A stretch of DNA of 63,814 nt, counting the filler, from Globobulimina sp. (taxonomy: Eukaryota), in assembly GCA_003354225.1 (NCBI GenBank). It is 19 parts of 19 records of this genome, joined end to end, with 100 filler letters (N's around TTAATTAATTAA, not from the genome) between each part and the next. Parts side by side here need not be neighbours in the genome. Positions count along the whole stretch, not along the records: positions 20,199 to 23,464 come from PIVH01003259.1; positions 23,565 to 26,829 come from PIVH01003260.1; positions 26,930 to 30,194 come from PIVH01003261.1; positions 30,295 to 33,558 come from PIVH01003262.1; positions 33,659 to 36,921 come from PIVH01003263.1; 14 more parts are not named here. One strand, 5' to 3'. Under the pieces are notes generated by a model. The model made no database searches, was not told the DNA's origin, and saw only the letters and a program-made list of their open reading frames with translations. Below are positions 22,236-34,006 of this stretch, in pieces. Within the stretch, counting starts at the first letter, position 1, and each line of letters opens with the position of its first letter. Both the position numbers and the translations under genes were made by a program.

Positions 22236-23306
22236 ATGAGTGAATCCAAACAAAATACCATGTACATCCTTATTATTTCATTCAAGTACATTATGTATTC
22301 ATTTATTGCAGGCATTGGCTGTATCGCCTCACTATTGGTCCCTTTCCGCATTGCAATTGCAACCATAGCACTCTTTTGTGCATTTATCTGCGGAGTTATC
22401 GGTAATTTTTGCAATTATCTCATTGACACGCATGTAAAACAGGAAAAAGATGCACAAAAACATTCAATGAAACTGTATTTTGGTTTTATACAACCTATCG
22501 ATGCTATCACTATGATAGTTGTGATTGACTTAGTAATGTTTATTCTGGCTTTATTCTCTATTTATTATTTCATCAATCCTCAGCCATCAACATTGGAGAA
22601 ACTCGACCAAAAAAGTAATATCGATGCACAATTTGCGTTTCATGGAATTTCGTACATTCTCATGTATTTTGCAATGATTATGTTTATGTCCATCGTCTAC
22701 GGATTTGTCGGATCATTAACGGAGAAGCAACTTTTTATGGAATTATCCAGTGATTTATCTCGGATTGCCACTGTTATTTATATTTGTTTTGTGTATTTCA
22801 ATATTTTTTCGATTCGAAGTGATGGCGGAAAGGATATTTGGCGTCTTTTTAGATTGGTTTTATTTGTAATATTCCCGATCGGTTTGTCAATGTTAAGGGT
22901 TTATAATAATATTTATGTAAAGAAATGGATCCAAACAGAATTGCAATTGCAAAGGCAAACAACTGATGATTTAGAAAAACAAGAAATGAATAATTTGGAA
23001 TTGGATGCTGACGCAACAATATTATATGTTTTATCATGCTTATCATGCTTTGTATGGCCTATTGGTGTAATTTATGTATTTTACATTCGACGTAGTAATG
23101 ATATAAAATCAGTCAACAAACGAGTTGCATTTCGTGTACTGATTGGATGTATCATTTCTGGCATGCTTTTATGGACAGTAATTATTGCTCACAAACTTAT
23201 TATTACTTTTATTTGTGTTGAGTCAGTTGAGACCGGTGGACCTGGACATGTTGGATCAGTTGAATGCGATGATTGTGCTGCTGCTCCCGCTCCTGATCCA
23301 GTGTGA
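22236..23306 (+). CDS. Polytopic membrane protein of unknown function
   Basis: Several predicted TM helices. Divergent from the GPCR-like gene. Confidence 0.6.
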   Translation: MSESKQNTMYILIISFKYIMYSFIAGIGCIASLLVPFRIAIATIALFCAFICGVIGNFCNYLIDTHVKQEKDAQKHSMKLYFGFIQPIDAITMIVVIDLVMFILALFSIYYFINPQPSTLEKLDQKSNIDAQFAFHGISYILMYFAMIMFMSIVYGFVGSLTEKQLFMELSSDLSRIATVIYICFVYFNIFSIRSDGGKDIWRLFRLVLFVIFPIGLSMLRVYNNIYVKKWIQTELQLQRQTTDDLEKQEMNNLELDADATILYVLSCLSCFVWPIGVIYVFYIRRSNDIKSVNKRVAFRVLIGCIISGMLLWTVIIAHKLIITFICVESVETGGPGHVGSVECDDCAAAPAPDPV

Positions 23307-23564
23307 TTTTGTTTATTTTTGGCACTTGCTTTTAATCTGTTTTTTTAAGTGCGACCATTTATGTGTTGCACTCCGTAATGATTTTATTTATAAAGTGAAG
23401 ATTTCTTTGATTTTGAAGTGTAAAACTATAAAGAAAATGCATTATCGCCGTCATAGTGCAATTANNNNNNNNNNNNNNNNNNNNNNNNNNNNNNNNNNNN
23501 NNNNNNNNTTAATTAATTAANNNNNNNNNNNNNNNNNNNNNNNNNNNNNNNNNNNNNNNNNNNN

Positions 23565-26500
23565 CATTCAATATATCATATCCTTGAAAACTATAAACAA
23601 TTTAATAGTAACCATTGGCGTTAAATAAAAATGATACGGTTTATCAAACAACATCCACCAAATATCAAAATATGAATTCGTAGCTTGTTGAATTTCTTTA
23701 TTTGGCGCTAAACCCGATGGTGACTGCCATACATGTGCCATTACTGCATTTATCCTCTCATTATTTAAAAATTCAGCTCGGTTTTGTTCCAACGCTACCT
23801 GCAATAATGACACTTTACTCCCGCCACTGTATGTTAATGGTATATCCAACAAAACTGCTAATAAATGATTTGATTCTATAGTATTTATGGTGGCACCGGC
23901 TTCACTCTCATATGCTTTGCTATATTTCATCCATTCATCATATCTCGCTAGATCTGCTGCGCTGTTATTCTCCATATATTCTGCTAAAAACAGTGCAATA
24001 TGCACACTAAAATTGGAACCTTTAATAATACGATCACACACAGTCTTTAATTGCTGTGGCTGACCATGCCTCAAATCTTCCTGATATGTCTCCAATATCG
24101 CACGCGCAGATTCAAATGGCATATGTTCCAAAACAATGCCTAAAGCACTCCACAATGCGTCCAACTGTTTCCGCTTTAATAAAACAATAATAAATGACGC
24201 TATCTCTGTTCCATATTGCATTGTATCAAATGACTGGCATATTTGCTCCAGTTCGAAATCTAAATCTCTTTTCATAAATGGATCGCGTATTCTATACCTA
24301 CTGCTACGCGTTGCTTGTAATCGCTTGCTGCTATTCCCATGGATTACTTTCCTTGCTCTGCCATCATTTAATACCGCATTGTATGCCGATGATTTCGTTT
24401 CCTTTCCCAGCTGCAGCAATGGTGAAAATACCATACTATTTCTACCGGCTGCAGTGACGGCTGTTGCTGTTGCAGGCGTACAAGTGCTGGTATTTAATAA
24501 TTCCACTTCAATTTGTTTTAATTTATTATTCCGTTCTTGGATATTATTCAAATCAATGGCTTCTTCCTTGCAATTTAAGATATGTACATGCTCCATATAA
24601 CCATTTAAAAACACAATTGATTTGCTTTTATATTGTTCAATGCGATGCCTTTCATCGGGTATTCGGATCTCAACCATCGATGGCGTACAATGGTTAAAAT
24701 AGTCACAAATGACGAAGGTTAAATACCTCAGTCGATGTTGAATATTTCGCCAATTTTCACACCATACTTGAAACTCTTGATAGCCAATGTAATCTTCATC
24801 CTCTTCCTGGCAATATTCGCCTTCATAACCATATCCATCGTCGAGAAGACGTATTGTATTATGTGGACTAAATTGACCATCAAAATCATCATCGTCATCG
24901 TCATCATCGTGTATGTTATTCATATCTTCTTCTTCCAATGATAAGCTGTAGTCACTTAATGCTTTATGCTCCCCATCGTCTGCATCAATCAACTCTTTTT
25001 TTGTTAACAATACTTGATAATATTGCTTCTTTCGTGGATGAGTGAGCTCTGTTTTATATTGATGTCGATCCCAATTAAATTTCAATGCCAATTCTAACAA
25101 TAATTTGTCATGTTGATAAAACCACCAATCTGGTACCATGCGCCAGGATTGTTTAAAAGCAATGTAATATGCTAATTTATCTGAGTCTGGCGCCATACTC
25201 GAAGTAAATGAACCATCATCATCTGATTTGTCATCTAATTTTAAATCACTTAAACTATCATTATTAAATCCATCAATTATGGTATCTTTATCAATATGAT
25301 ATAGATTCGAATGATTTAAAATGGTACCAATTAAACTTGAAAATATTCCCTGATCATTACTTTTCATCGATAATTGGTCCTCGTGGTGCAGCTCCATTAA
25401 TTTCCTCGCTTTTGAATTATTTAAATCACTTCGCAATTCCTCATTACATTCGCAAATTATTTCTTGCCAGTCATGCCAGGTCAGCGTCTGTGTCTGTTCC
25501 GGTTCTTTGCTTTCCTGCTCTTTGAAATGCACAAATATGCATTGTAATTGATTGCGAATTATATTCAAATTCCGCAATATGTCCCAACCACCCAACATGA
25601 CGTGGGCTGCAAACTTACGAAAGTGACGAATCTGTGTTCTTTGACTTCTTTCGGTCTTATTTTTATTCTTATCATCACATTTATTCTCCTCGACATCATC
25701 ATATTTGTCGTCAATATCGTCATATTTATTCTTATTGGCTTTCATATTGTTATTGTTGTTTTTGTTGGATGATACACAACAAAAACAACAATTATCTTTA
25801 CATGAAATATCTTCATCTTGCTTTTTTTTCTCATCCTTATTCAATACATCTTCGATTCGAAATAAATATGTTAAATTATACTTAGCTACGGATGTATGGT
25901 ATTTTTTAACATCCCTTCGATGGAAATAATTCCTATTTGTTATATGATATAAATACAAAGGCATTACAAACAAACCACATATTTCTACACATTACAAACC
26001 TGTACCAAGGCCTATATATACATATACGCATATTTATAATTAGAAACATAACATAAAAATATAATTACAGACCATAAAAAATCAATAAGTTCGTTATTTT
26101 CTGTTTCTAGGACGTATTTTCGAATACATTCGCTGAATTGCAATAAAACACCACAACGGTCACAATATACATATTGTGTGCTGTTACACAGCCATAATAT
26201 ATCATTTTCGCCCGCAGAATGATTACAAACTACATTTTGTGTCGAATCCAGTAATAATTGTTGTTCTTTATTTTTTCGGTCTCTTTCATAAATAAATTTC
26301 TTTAATGGCTCAACAATTGCTAACGATTTATACCATGCCTTGACATCGGCTTTCTTACTTTTCTTCTTTCGTTTATTTTTCTTTTGTTCAATATTATTTT
26401 TATCAACTTGTGAGGTTAGAAACTGGTGTTCCGGCGGTATAAAAAAGCCAGACCATAATTCAAAATCGCGTCTATGTCTTTGTACATCGCTGTCATCCAA

Positions 26501-26829
26501 ACAGGCCCCAAATACACCCTCTTCGTTCCCGAACGATTTCTTAAATGGAAATGATATCATTTGATGTGAAAATTCGTACTGAATATATTTCATTACTGCG
26601 CAAATACATAATATAAAACTAAAAAAATATTTTTGTTGTTGATCTGTTGATAATTTATATCTTTTCTTCCATTCTTCAATATATTCGTCTGTGCTTTGGA
26701 AATAAAAATATATTGTATTCTTATGATCTATTAATCGCCGAACATTTCTGAAAATAAACATTCATTTTTGATTCACAAATGTTGAATATATTTACCTTGG
26801 AAATTGCTATCGATTTTTCTGTATTGATA
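23565..26829 (-). CDS. Large multi-exon protein, probably the N-terminal cytosolic part of a TRP-like cation channel (partial)
   Basis: SLLQVALEQNRAEFLNNERINAVMAHVW...FYLTPM resembles a TRPM/TRPC pre-S1 region. Introns 26012-26072 and 25933-25999 flank a 12-nt exon. Confidence 0.55.
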
Positions 26830-27001
26830 NNNNNNNNNNNNNNNNNNNNNNNNNNNNNNNNNNNNNNNNNNNNTTAATTAATTAANNNNNNNNNNNNNNN
26901 NNNNNNNNNNNNNNNNNNNNNNNNNNNNNTTGTTGGTATTTTTGGTATTGTTGTGGAATGCTCATAGCTGAAATTATAGCTTATTACCAACAGATGTAAA
27001 A

Positions 27002-27973
27002 ATGAGTATTTTTGGCAATTTACCAGGTTTTGATAGAGCTGCAGTAAAAGCATCGACTCGCGAACATAACACAATAATCAATGAAATGTACGACAAAGAA
27101 ATGCACGAAATCAAATCAAAACTATTTGATTATGGTTTAAATAATGAGAATGCATTTAATTGTTCGCAACAAATAAAGAAACTATTTATCCATCATCGCC
27201 ATCGCAATGATCTGTATTTTAGAAAGATATTTGGCAGAGAGTTACCTGGTATTTTGCGGCTATTTTCTGCCAGGAATTTATCGTCGAGCAGCATAGACAC
27301 ATTGTTTGATGCCATGGGTATGCATAACAGCAATGTTATGAGATCACAGACATTGGAGTGCGAATCATACCGATTAATAAAACATTTTTGTCCATCATAT
27401 GGTTTCCCAATGGTTTTGCCGCACCCATTTCCGCTGATAATTTCCAGTATGTTTTGCAAAAGTGATTCTTTCAACAATCATTCATTGGCAATCCACACAA
27501 TTGTATGGGATGAACAAACTTTGGATAATGTTCTAAATGAAGTGATTCAAAACTATTATGGAATATATAATATTGGACCTTTTGTGTTTTGGTACTCGAC
27601 TACATTTTGGGATGGATTTGGTGTGGAAATGAATGAATTTTGGACAAACTGTATGTTGCAAATTTTAGAAATCCATAATAACCAAAATATCAGTTTGGAA
27701 TTTACATGTAATGGATTTTCTTTTTACAAATACAATTGGATCAAACGAATAGTTTACTTGGCTGAGAGTCATTACAAAGCACAGAATGTTGACACATTTA
27801 ATAAGTTGATTGCTTCACTTTGTACCATATTTTTGGATGAAGGTTGTATTAAACTCATTTATGGCATGGAAGGTTTGGAGAGTAATTATAAAATCAAAGT
27901 AATTAATACATTGTTTGATTTAAGATCAGGTTGGACTCGAGATTCACTTATCAATAGTTCAATAGTTCAATAG
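27002..27973 (+). CDS. Hypothetical protein
   Basis: 323-aa ORF. No family recognised. Confidence 0.55.
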   Translation: MSIFGNLPGFDRAAVKASTREHNTIINEMYDKEMHEIKSKLFDYGLNNENAFNCSQQIKKLFIHHRHRNDLYFRKIFGRELPGILRLFSARNLSSSSIDTLFDAMGMHNSNVMRSQTLECESYRLIKHFCPSYGFPMVLPHPFPLIISSMFCKSDSFNNHSLAIHTIVWDEQTLDNVLNEVIQNYYGIYNIGPFVFWYSTTFWDGFGVEMNEFWTNCMLQILEIHNNQNISLEFTCNGFSFYKYNWIKRIVYLAESHYKAQNVDTFNKLIASLCTIFLDEGCIKLIYGMEGLESNYKIKVINTLFDLRSGWTRDSLINSSIVQ

Positions 27974-28112
27974 TAGATTCACTTATATAATTTTCAGCAA
28001 GATATCAATAGTTCAAAGTAAATGCCATCTTTTTTTTGCAGTCACAAAATGACAAAATCGGTCAGGTTCAAATATGTTATACTGTGGATTGGTCGTAAAA
28101 TATCGATAATAT

Positions 28113-29040
28113 TCACATTGACATTCTCATAATAATTAAAGTGTTATTTTCAATCACACGCATTGCAAATCCTTTTGCTTGGAATTTAAGTTGATATACA
28201 TTTCTGAATTGTGAATCTTGCGACAAATCCATTGCTGATTGGGAACTCAATTTGAGAGCAATATTTTGAATGCCTTTGGATTGAATTGTTGATAAATATT
28301 TTAAACAATGATCCAAATACAATGCTGGTATCGATGGTATTTGAATGAATGAAATCATTTTAAGATTTGGTAACAATAAAGATATAAAATCCAATTTGAC
28401 CATATTCGAGCTTTTCTCACAAAACAAACTCTTCAAAAATAAATGTCCCTGATAACCGCTGCTGGTGTAACCATGCAACTCACAGTTCATTCATTTCCAA
28501 TTAATAAATGCATATTCCTTTTTTACACAAATATTATGCATTAATTCTTCAATATATGGAGTAATATGACCAAACCGTTGATATTTCTGCGGATCATATC
28601 TGCTCAATTCATGTTTCATCAATCTGATAGCTAATAATTTAGTATATTTATCAATTTTTTTGCCACCATAAGCACCGATTTTCTTCTCTGTTTTTATCAT
28701 ATTATTCAACACTTTTGCCTCGCCATCATAACTATCGCCACCAACCACTGATTCGATGAGCCGGATTGCTTTGATATATGCTCTGTAATCTTCTCCATCT
28801 AAAACATTAAAAACATTGACATAAATCTTACGAATAAATCATACTGTTGATTGTTACAAATAAAACAGTGTACACAATCTGTATACACAATCTGTTTATA
28901 TGTAAATTTCAGATTGATTCCTGAAATGTTTATATATACAGATTGCGCATATGATTCCATTACTGGTATCACAGCACCTGTGGAAATCGCAATTTTAGTC
29001 ACACACGAGTTGGTATTTTAAGACTTTTCAGTTACTCGTA
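28113..29040 (-). pseudogene. Interrupted hypothetical gene
   Basis: ORFs 28491-28748 and 28113-28490 share a frame and are separated by a single TGA. The upstream part is fragmented. Confidence 0.5.
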
Positions 29041-29342
29041 CTTAACTGACTTGGCAACATGAGGACAGAGGTCGCAACGCAGCAGCATAAAATCGAAATT
29101 ATCCCATTCCAAAAAGAGCTGATCTGTAATCAGTAACGATACCGCACGGTCGACGATGCCTACTTTTTATCGGAATGGTCCCTAAAAGAAAGGGCAAGAA
29201 ATTATTTTATCGGAAAAGTTTAGATCCGGAGCACATACATAAATATGTTGTGCACTTATCAGACACATAAAAATGACGTCATCCGTATTATCACTTGGAT
29301 GCGAATAATGTGAATAATTTGGATCGATGCTAATAATGGCGC

Positions 29343-29496
29343 GAATATGCCGTAAATAGATACAATATTTGGATGATAATAATGGCGAGCTTCGCTCGCG
29401 AATATACCTTTAATAAATGCCATATTTTGATGAGAATATGCCGTTAATAGATACCATATTAGGATGATAATACTGGCGAGCTTCGCTCGCGAATAT
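29343..29496. repeat. Two ~63-bp direct repeats (period 91), each with a GCGAGC-TTC-GCTCGC hairpin
   Basis: gaatatgccgt...ggatgataat..tggcgagcttcgctcgcgaatat at 29343 and 29434. Confidence 0.85.
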
Positions 29497-29692
29497 GTAT
29501 GGATATTTGGTCGTGGATGCTGGCCATATTATGTATTCATATTGGCCGTATTAATAATTATTCTGGCCATAATAACGAGAAATGAAAAGTTTAGATGAAA
29601 AAGAAAAAGATGAAAAAGAAAAAAACTGTTTTATTTTAGACAATCAACAGTATGATTTATTCGTGCAATTTATGTCAATTTCATAAAAGCAC

Positions 29693-29943
29693 TCGAAATA
29701 AAAATCAATGTATTCCGCCTTAATTTTTTCTATTGATATCTGTTTTTTTCTATTTTTAATCTGCTTTCGTATGAGCCTTGGACAACCAATCCATATTTCG
29801 TCTATGTTCTCGGCTGCGCCTCGAACATAGCCTCAATATGGATTGATTGTCCTCGGCCTCATACAAAAGCAGATTGCAAATAGAAAAAAACAGATATCAA
29901 TAGAAAAAATTTCGGCGTCATACTATTGATTGTTATTTCTCGA
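29693..29943. mobile_element. ~250-bp imperfect palindrome (fold-back MITE-like)
   Basis: Arms TTTTTTCTATTGATATCTGTTTTTTTCTATTT and AAATAGAAAAAAACAGATATCAATAGAAAAAA around the centre CTCGGCTGCGCCTCG. Confidence 0.8.
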
Positions 29944-30727
29944 TTCTTTTATGGAGATTGATTTTACTGTCCAAGAATCGAAAAATCGGAAAAAAAATAC
30001 AGTTTCTATTAAGATTGATAGTGACAGTGAGAATATACGATCCATTGCCAGGATCAGGGTTTGTTCTGTAGATTCTATTGAGCTTCAACCAATGCCAGAA
30101 GTGAGACCGGTTAACTTGATTCCAACGCGAGGAGGTGGTGAATGTGAGGATTATCAGAAGGAATTAGTGAATGAAGAAGAAGGTGGTGATGAAGNNNNNN
30201 NNNNNNNNNNNNNNNNNNNNNNNNNNNNNNNNNNNNNNTTAATTAATTAANNNNNNNNNNNNNNNNNNNNNNNNNNNNNNNNNNNNNNNNNNNNACAGTT
30301 ATCATTGAACTCTTCCTCTAAAAATATATCAAAATCCATATCTTGTTTTTATGTTTTGTATTGTTGTTGCTTGTGTTGTCGAGGTTGGATAGTAGTAATC
30401 TATGGATTTGTGATTGTTGATTGTTGCGGTCTTTTCTTGTGCTGTTTGTCGTAAAGCACTACTGGCAAAGCGTCAGTGTAAAAATGTGTAAATAATGTTG
30501 AGGTTGAGTTTAAAAAAAAACAGTGAAAGTCTGAAGATGCTATTTTTATATTAAGTTGAAGTACACACACAATTAATGCATGCCACTGTTAAACAAAATG
30601 AGTACTGATCAGAACGAATCAGCAGATTACATCAAGAAAGCATTCACTCACTGAGCTACATTCATCATTGAACTCTTCTTCTAAAAATGTGTTTTACTCA
30701 ACTTTTCAACCAAAAAACTCCATTGTG

Positions 30728-30934
30728 ATGGCGTCTATTTTTAAGAATCCCGTGAATAAGACAGTCGATAATTTATGCAAACATTTAGATGCCTTATTAT
30801 CTGAGGATGAGGATAAGAAAAGCAAAGCAATCATGAAATTATCAGATGACATCTCTCAAATCCATTTCATATTATATGGCGATTCAGATTGCAATGTCAG
30901 CTGCTGCAGTGATACAATCAGCACAATTGAATGA
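30728..30934 (+). pseudogene. Mo25/CAB39-like N-terminal fragment
   Basis: MASIFKNP...KAIMKLSDDISQIHFILYGD resembles the Mo25 N-terminus (MKEILYG). Similarity stops after about 55 aa. Confidence 0.5.
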
Positions 30935-31552
30935 GCAGATGGCCATAGAAGAAAGAAATAAAGAAGAGAGTCAAGAGGAAGGTTTCAATGTTGATCAGTT
31001 TTTTGTTAACGAAAAAAGTGAATCAAATTAATTGAATGAAAATAATAATCAAACTAACGCAACAACTCGTGATGGGAGAACAACAATTGGTGGAGCTAAT
31101 GATGTAAGTCATGGTGGAGATGATGTACATAATAAGTGACTATAAATTGAATGCGTACGCAGTAAATCAGAAATGTTTAAATACAGTATATTCTTTCTAG
31201 TGTTTTTATGTAAATATTAATATGTTTTAATTTTATTTTTAGTGTTTGATTGTTTGTTTGAATGTAAATATTGTTTCAATTTTAACGTTATAAATTTAGA
31301 TACACAGTGATATAAAATTGCTACGACCCATGAGGAACAAAAATGTGACCGATATATTTTCCAAAAGATATGTGCTGGATTTGCAAACCCAAGACAAAGT
31401 TATAACAAACACAGAATAAATCCAAGACAAGCATTTTCTGGATTTGCAAACCGTTTCTCAGATAATTGAAAAAAATGTATACAACTTATCGACCAGGAGG
31501 GGGGTATCTTTTTTTGGAATATATCCGTTGTTTTTAATACAATATTATTATA

Positions 31553-32632
31553 TTAATTAATTAACAGATGATATGAAGGAATAGTGCCAGTCCGTGTGAA
31601 CAACGTTTGTAATTCATAAACAATGGTAACGACCATACCAATCAATACATAGGACAACCTATAATAACAAAAATAACTTGCCACACTAAGTTCCAATCCA
31701 GCAATACATGCATCAGATTCTATCAATACAAAGGATGCTCCCACAACCATTGCACATCCAAATATAACGTTTATTGCTTTCATCCAAATTATATTTTCAG
31801 ATTGTTTCATTTTACAAATACAACAATATAAACACATTTCGACCATAATCAAAAAGGATGTCATACATAATAACCAAAAACCAGACGAGAATATTGAATA
31901 TAAGTTATTATTCAAACAATCAGTTCCATGATCAATGCACGGCACACCGTTCCCATAATGTGTTGTCACCATAACATTTAATAACGTTGTTACAGATATG
32001 ATCAACGCATAAATAATTATACGAATGTGCGGTGAAACAATATCAATCATAAAATCCAAACCTAAATAGATTGGCACCAATGAACCTAAAAGTTGTGAGC
32101 CAACAAATCCAAGGTAACACCATCCATTTCGATTATCAATGCCAGTGACAGAATTCCTACATTTATGGTTTGCGTGTAACATAATTGAAACAAAAAAGGT
32201 GGCACCACCCGCAATTAATAAAAGTCCAATTAGTATTTTGCAGGCGGTGATATTGAACAATTTAAATAATGCCATGCATATTGAAAAAATACAGGATATC
32301 AATATAATAATAAGTGCAGATAATTGTGTCTGTGATATTTGATATCCAAATTGTTGAGGAACACCATATAATGCTATTGTAGGGATGCTCCATATTATCA
32401 ATAATATGCTAAATGATAATATTCTGTGATGCTGTTTATTTAAATCCAATAAATAATTTGATTTGCCACCAGTTTCATCACAATACTTTGCTATGATATG
32501 TATTATTTTGCGGCTTAAATCAATGTTAAAATTGGTTTGCACCGATTTAATTAATGTAGACTCATGGTCCATGTTCCATTTCCATTCGGACTCGGACACC
32601 ATCGAATATTGATGGACTTTTGAAGGGAACAT
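31553..32632 (-). CDS. Polytopic membrane protein of unknown function
   Basis: About 8 hydrophobic segments. Confidence 0.65.
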   Translation of the reverse strand: MFPSKVHQYSMVSESEWKWNMDHESTLIKSVQTNFNIDLSRKIIHIIAKYCDETGGKSNYLLDLNKQHHRILSFSILLIIWSIPTIALYGVPQQFGYQISQTQLSALIIILISCIFSICMALFKLFNITACKILIGLLLIAGGATFFVSIMLHANHKCRNSVTGIDNRNGWCYLGFVGSQLLGSLVPIYLGLDFMIDIVSPHIRIIIYALIISVTTLLNVMVTTHYGNGVPCIDHGTDCLNNNLYSIFSSGFWLLCMTSFLIMVEMCLYCCICKMKQSENIIWMKAINVIFGCAMVVGASFVLIESDACIAGLELSVASYFCYYRLSYVLIGMVVTIVYELQTLFTRTGTIPSYHLLIN

Positions 32633-32694
32633 TGTTTAAATACAAGTTTTTCTATTAATTCACAGTCTTCATCAAAAAAAAGTGTTTAACCTCA

Positions 32695-33480
32695 ATGGCA
32701 GAATTCGCGCGTGAAATGTCTGTGCATATTCGGAGAGCAATGACTGGAGTCGGAAGAGCCGCTTTGGTCTCTGAAACTGATTCAAATCGATCTATTATAG
32801 TTTTTGCATCCATATTGGATAAATGCATATCATCCAAAGACCTTACAAAACGATTAAATGAGAAATTATTAACATTTGATAGGTTTAAATCGAAAGTGAC
32901 TGAAGATTCAAAATATTTTGAGATTATTCCTAACTTTGATTGTTCAGAGTGTATGCAACAAGAAATAATTTCATCATCCATGTTATCGAAATATGTATCA
33001 TTAAAAGAATTTATCGAAGAAACGTTATCATCGTTTGCTAATCGTCCATTTGTCAATAAACATCATAAACCTTTATGGCGGCTACATGTGTACCAATTAC
33101 AATCATTAAATAAAACCATACTGATATTCAGATGCCATCATTGCATTTGTGATGGCATTACTTTTGGTGAAATATGGTTTCGTCTCAGTGACAATTTCGA
33201 TCAGTGTGTAAATACTGAGCCAGCTTCATCAACTTCATCCATTTCGGATGTTTGCGGTGTTTCCAATACTCAAAAATGTAAAGATTACTGGCATGAAGTA
33301 TCACATTTATTGCTTTTCTCAATATTGTGGTTTATGGGAATGTTATGTGTTTTATGTAAAATGTTGGTCTTTGCGCTGATCTCTAAAGAGCCGCAAACAA
33401 TATTTAAAACTAAATTGAGTGAAAAGAAATATGTGAGCTATATTAGACCTTTGGAATTTATCCGGTCGAATTCGCCTTGA
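32695..33480 (+). CDS. Wax ester synthase/diacylglycerol acyltransferase (WS/DGAT)-like, N-terminal part
   Basis: KPLWRLHV and the catalytic HHCICDG (HHxxxDG). The C-terminal domain is missing from the contig. Confidence 0.8.
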   Translation: MAEFAREMSVHIRRAMTGVGRAALVSETDSNRSIIVFASILDKCISSKDLTKRLNEKLLTFDRFKSKVTEDSKYFEIIPNFDCSECMQQEIISSSMLSKYVSLKEFIEETLSSFANRPFVNKHHKPLWRLHVYQLQSLNKTILIFRCHHCICDGITFGEIWFRLSDNFDQCVNTEPASSTSSISDVCGVSNTQKCKDYWHEVSHLLLFSILWFMGMLCVLCKMLVFALISKEPQTIFKTKLSEKKYVSYIRPLEFIRSNSP

Positions 33481-34006
33481 GTTCGAGTGCTTGAAACCTA
33501 TGGTGGAGTGTATATGATCTCTAAAGGGGTTTGTATGCAAATATATTTCTCTACATCGNNNNNNNNNNNNNNNNNNNNNNNNNNNNNNNNNNNNNNNNNN
33601 NNTTAATTAATTAANNNNNNNNNNNNNNNNNNNNNNNNNNNNNNNNNNNNNNNNNNNNGCTTTACAAAAATGGTTATTTGTCATTATTTCAAACCGGTTG
33701 TACCATGGGTAAGGTGTTGTACACAATACAATATAGTACTGTACTGTGTCAGGAAGAAGTAAAAATATGGTTAACGTTACGATATTGTAACGTTTATTGT
33801 TAAACTGTGATTTAAAAAACAGACATAGTCGCAGACACTTTCAACATCTCTAGCCTTAGGCAATCACAGGCTGTATGATGTAAATGATGTCAACAAGTAA
33901 CTCAAATCTTCTTCTAGATTCATCTTATTGATAAGATTTTATATATTAATACAAAACCAACATTTTCTCTATCTTTTAACTTGTAACAGACTGTTTTATT
34001 TTTAAA

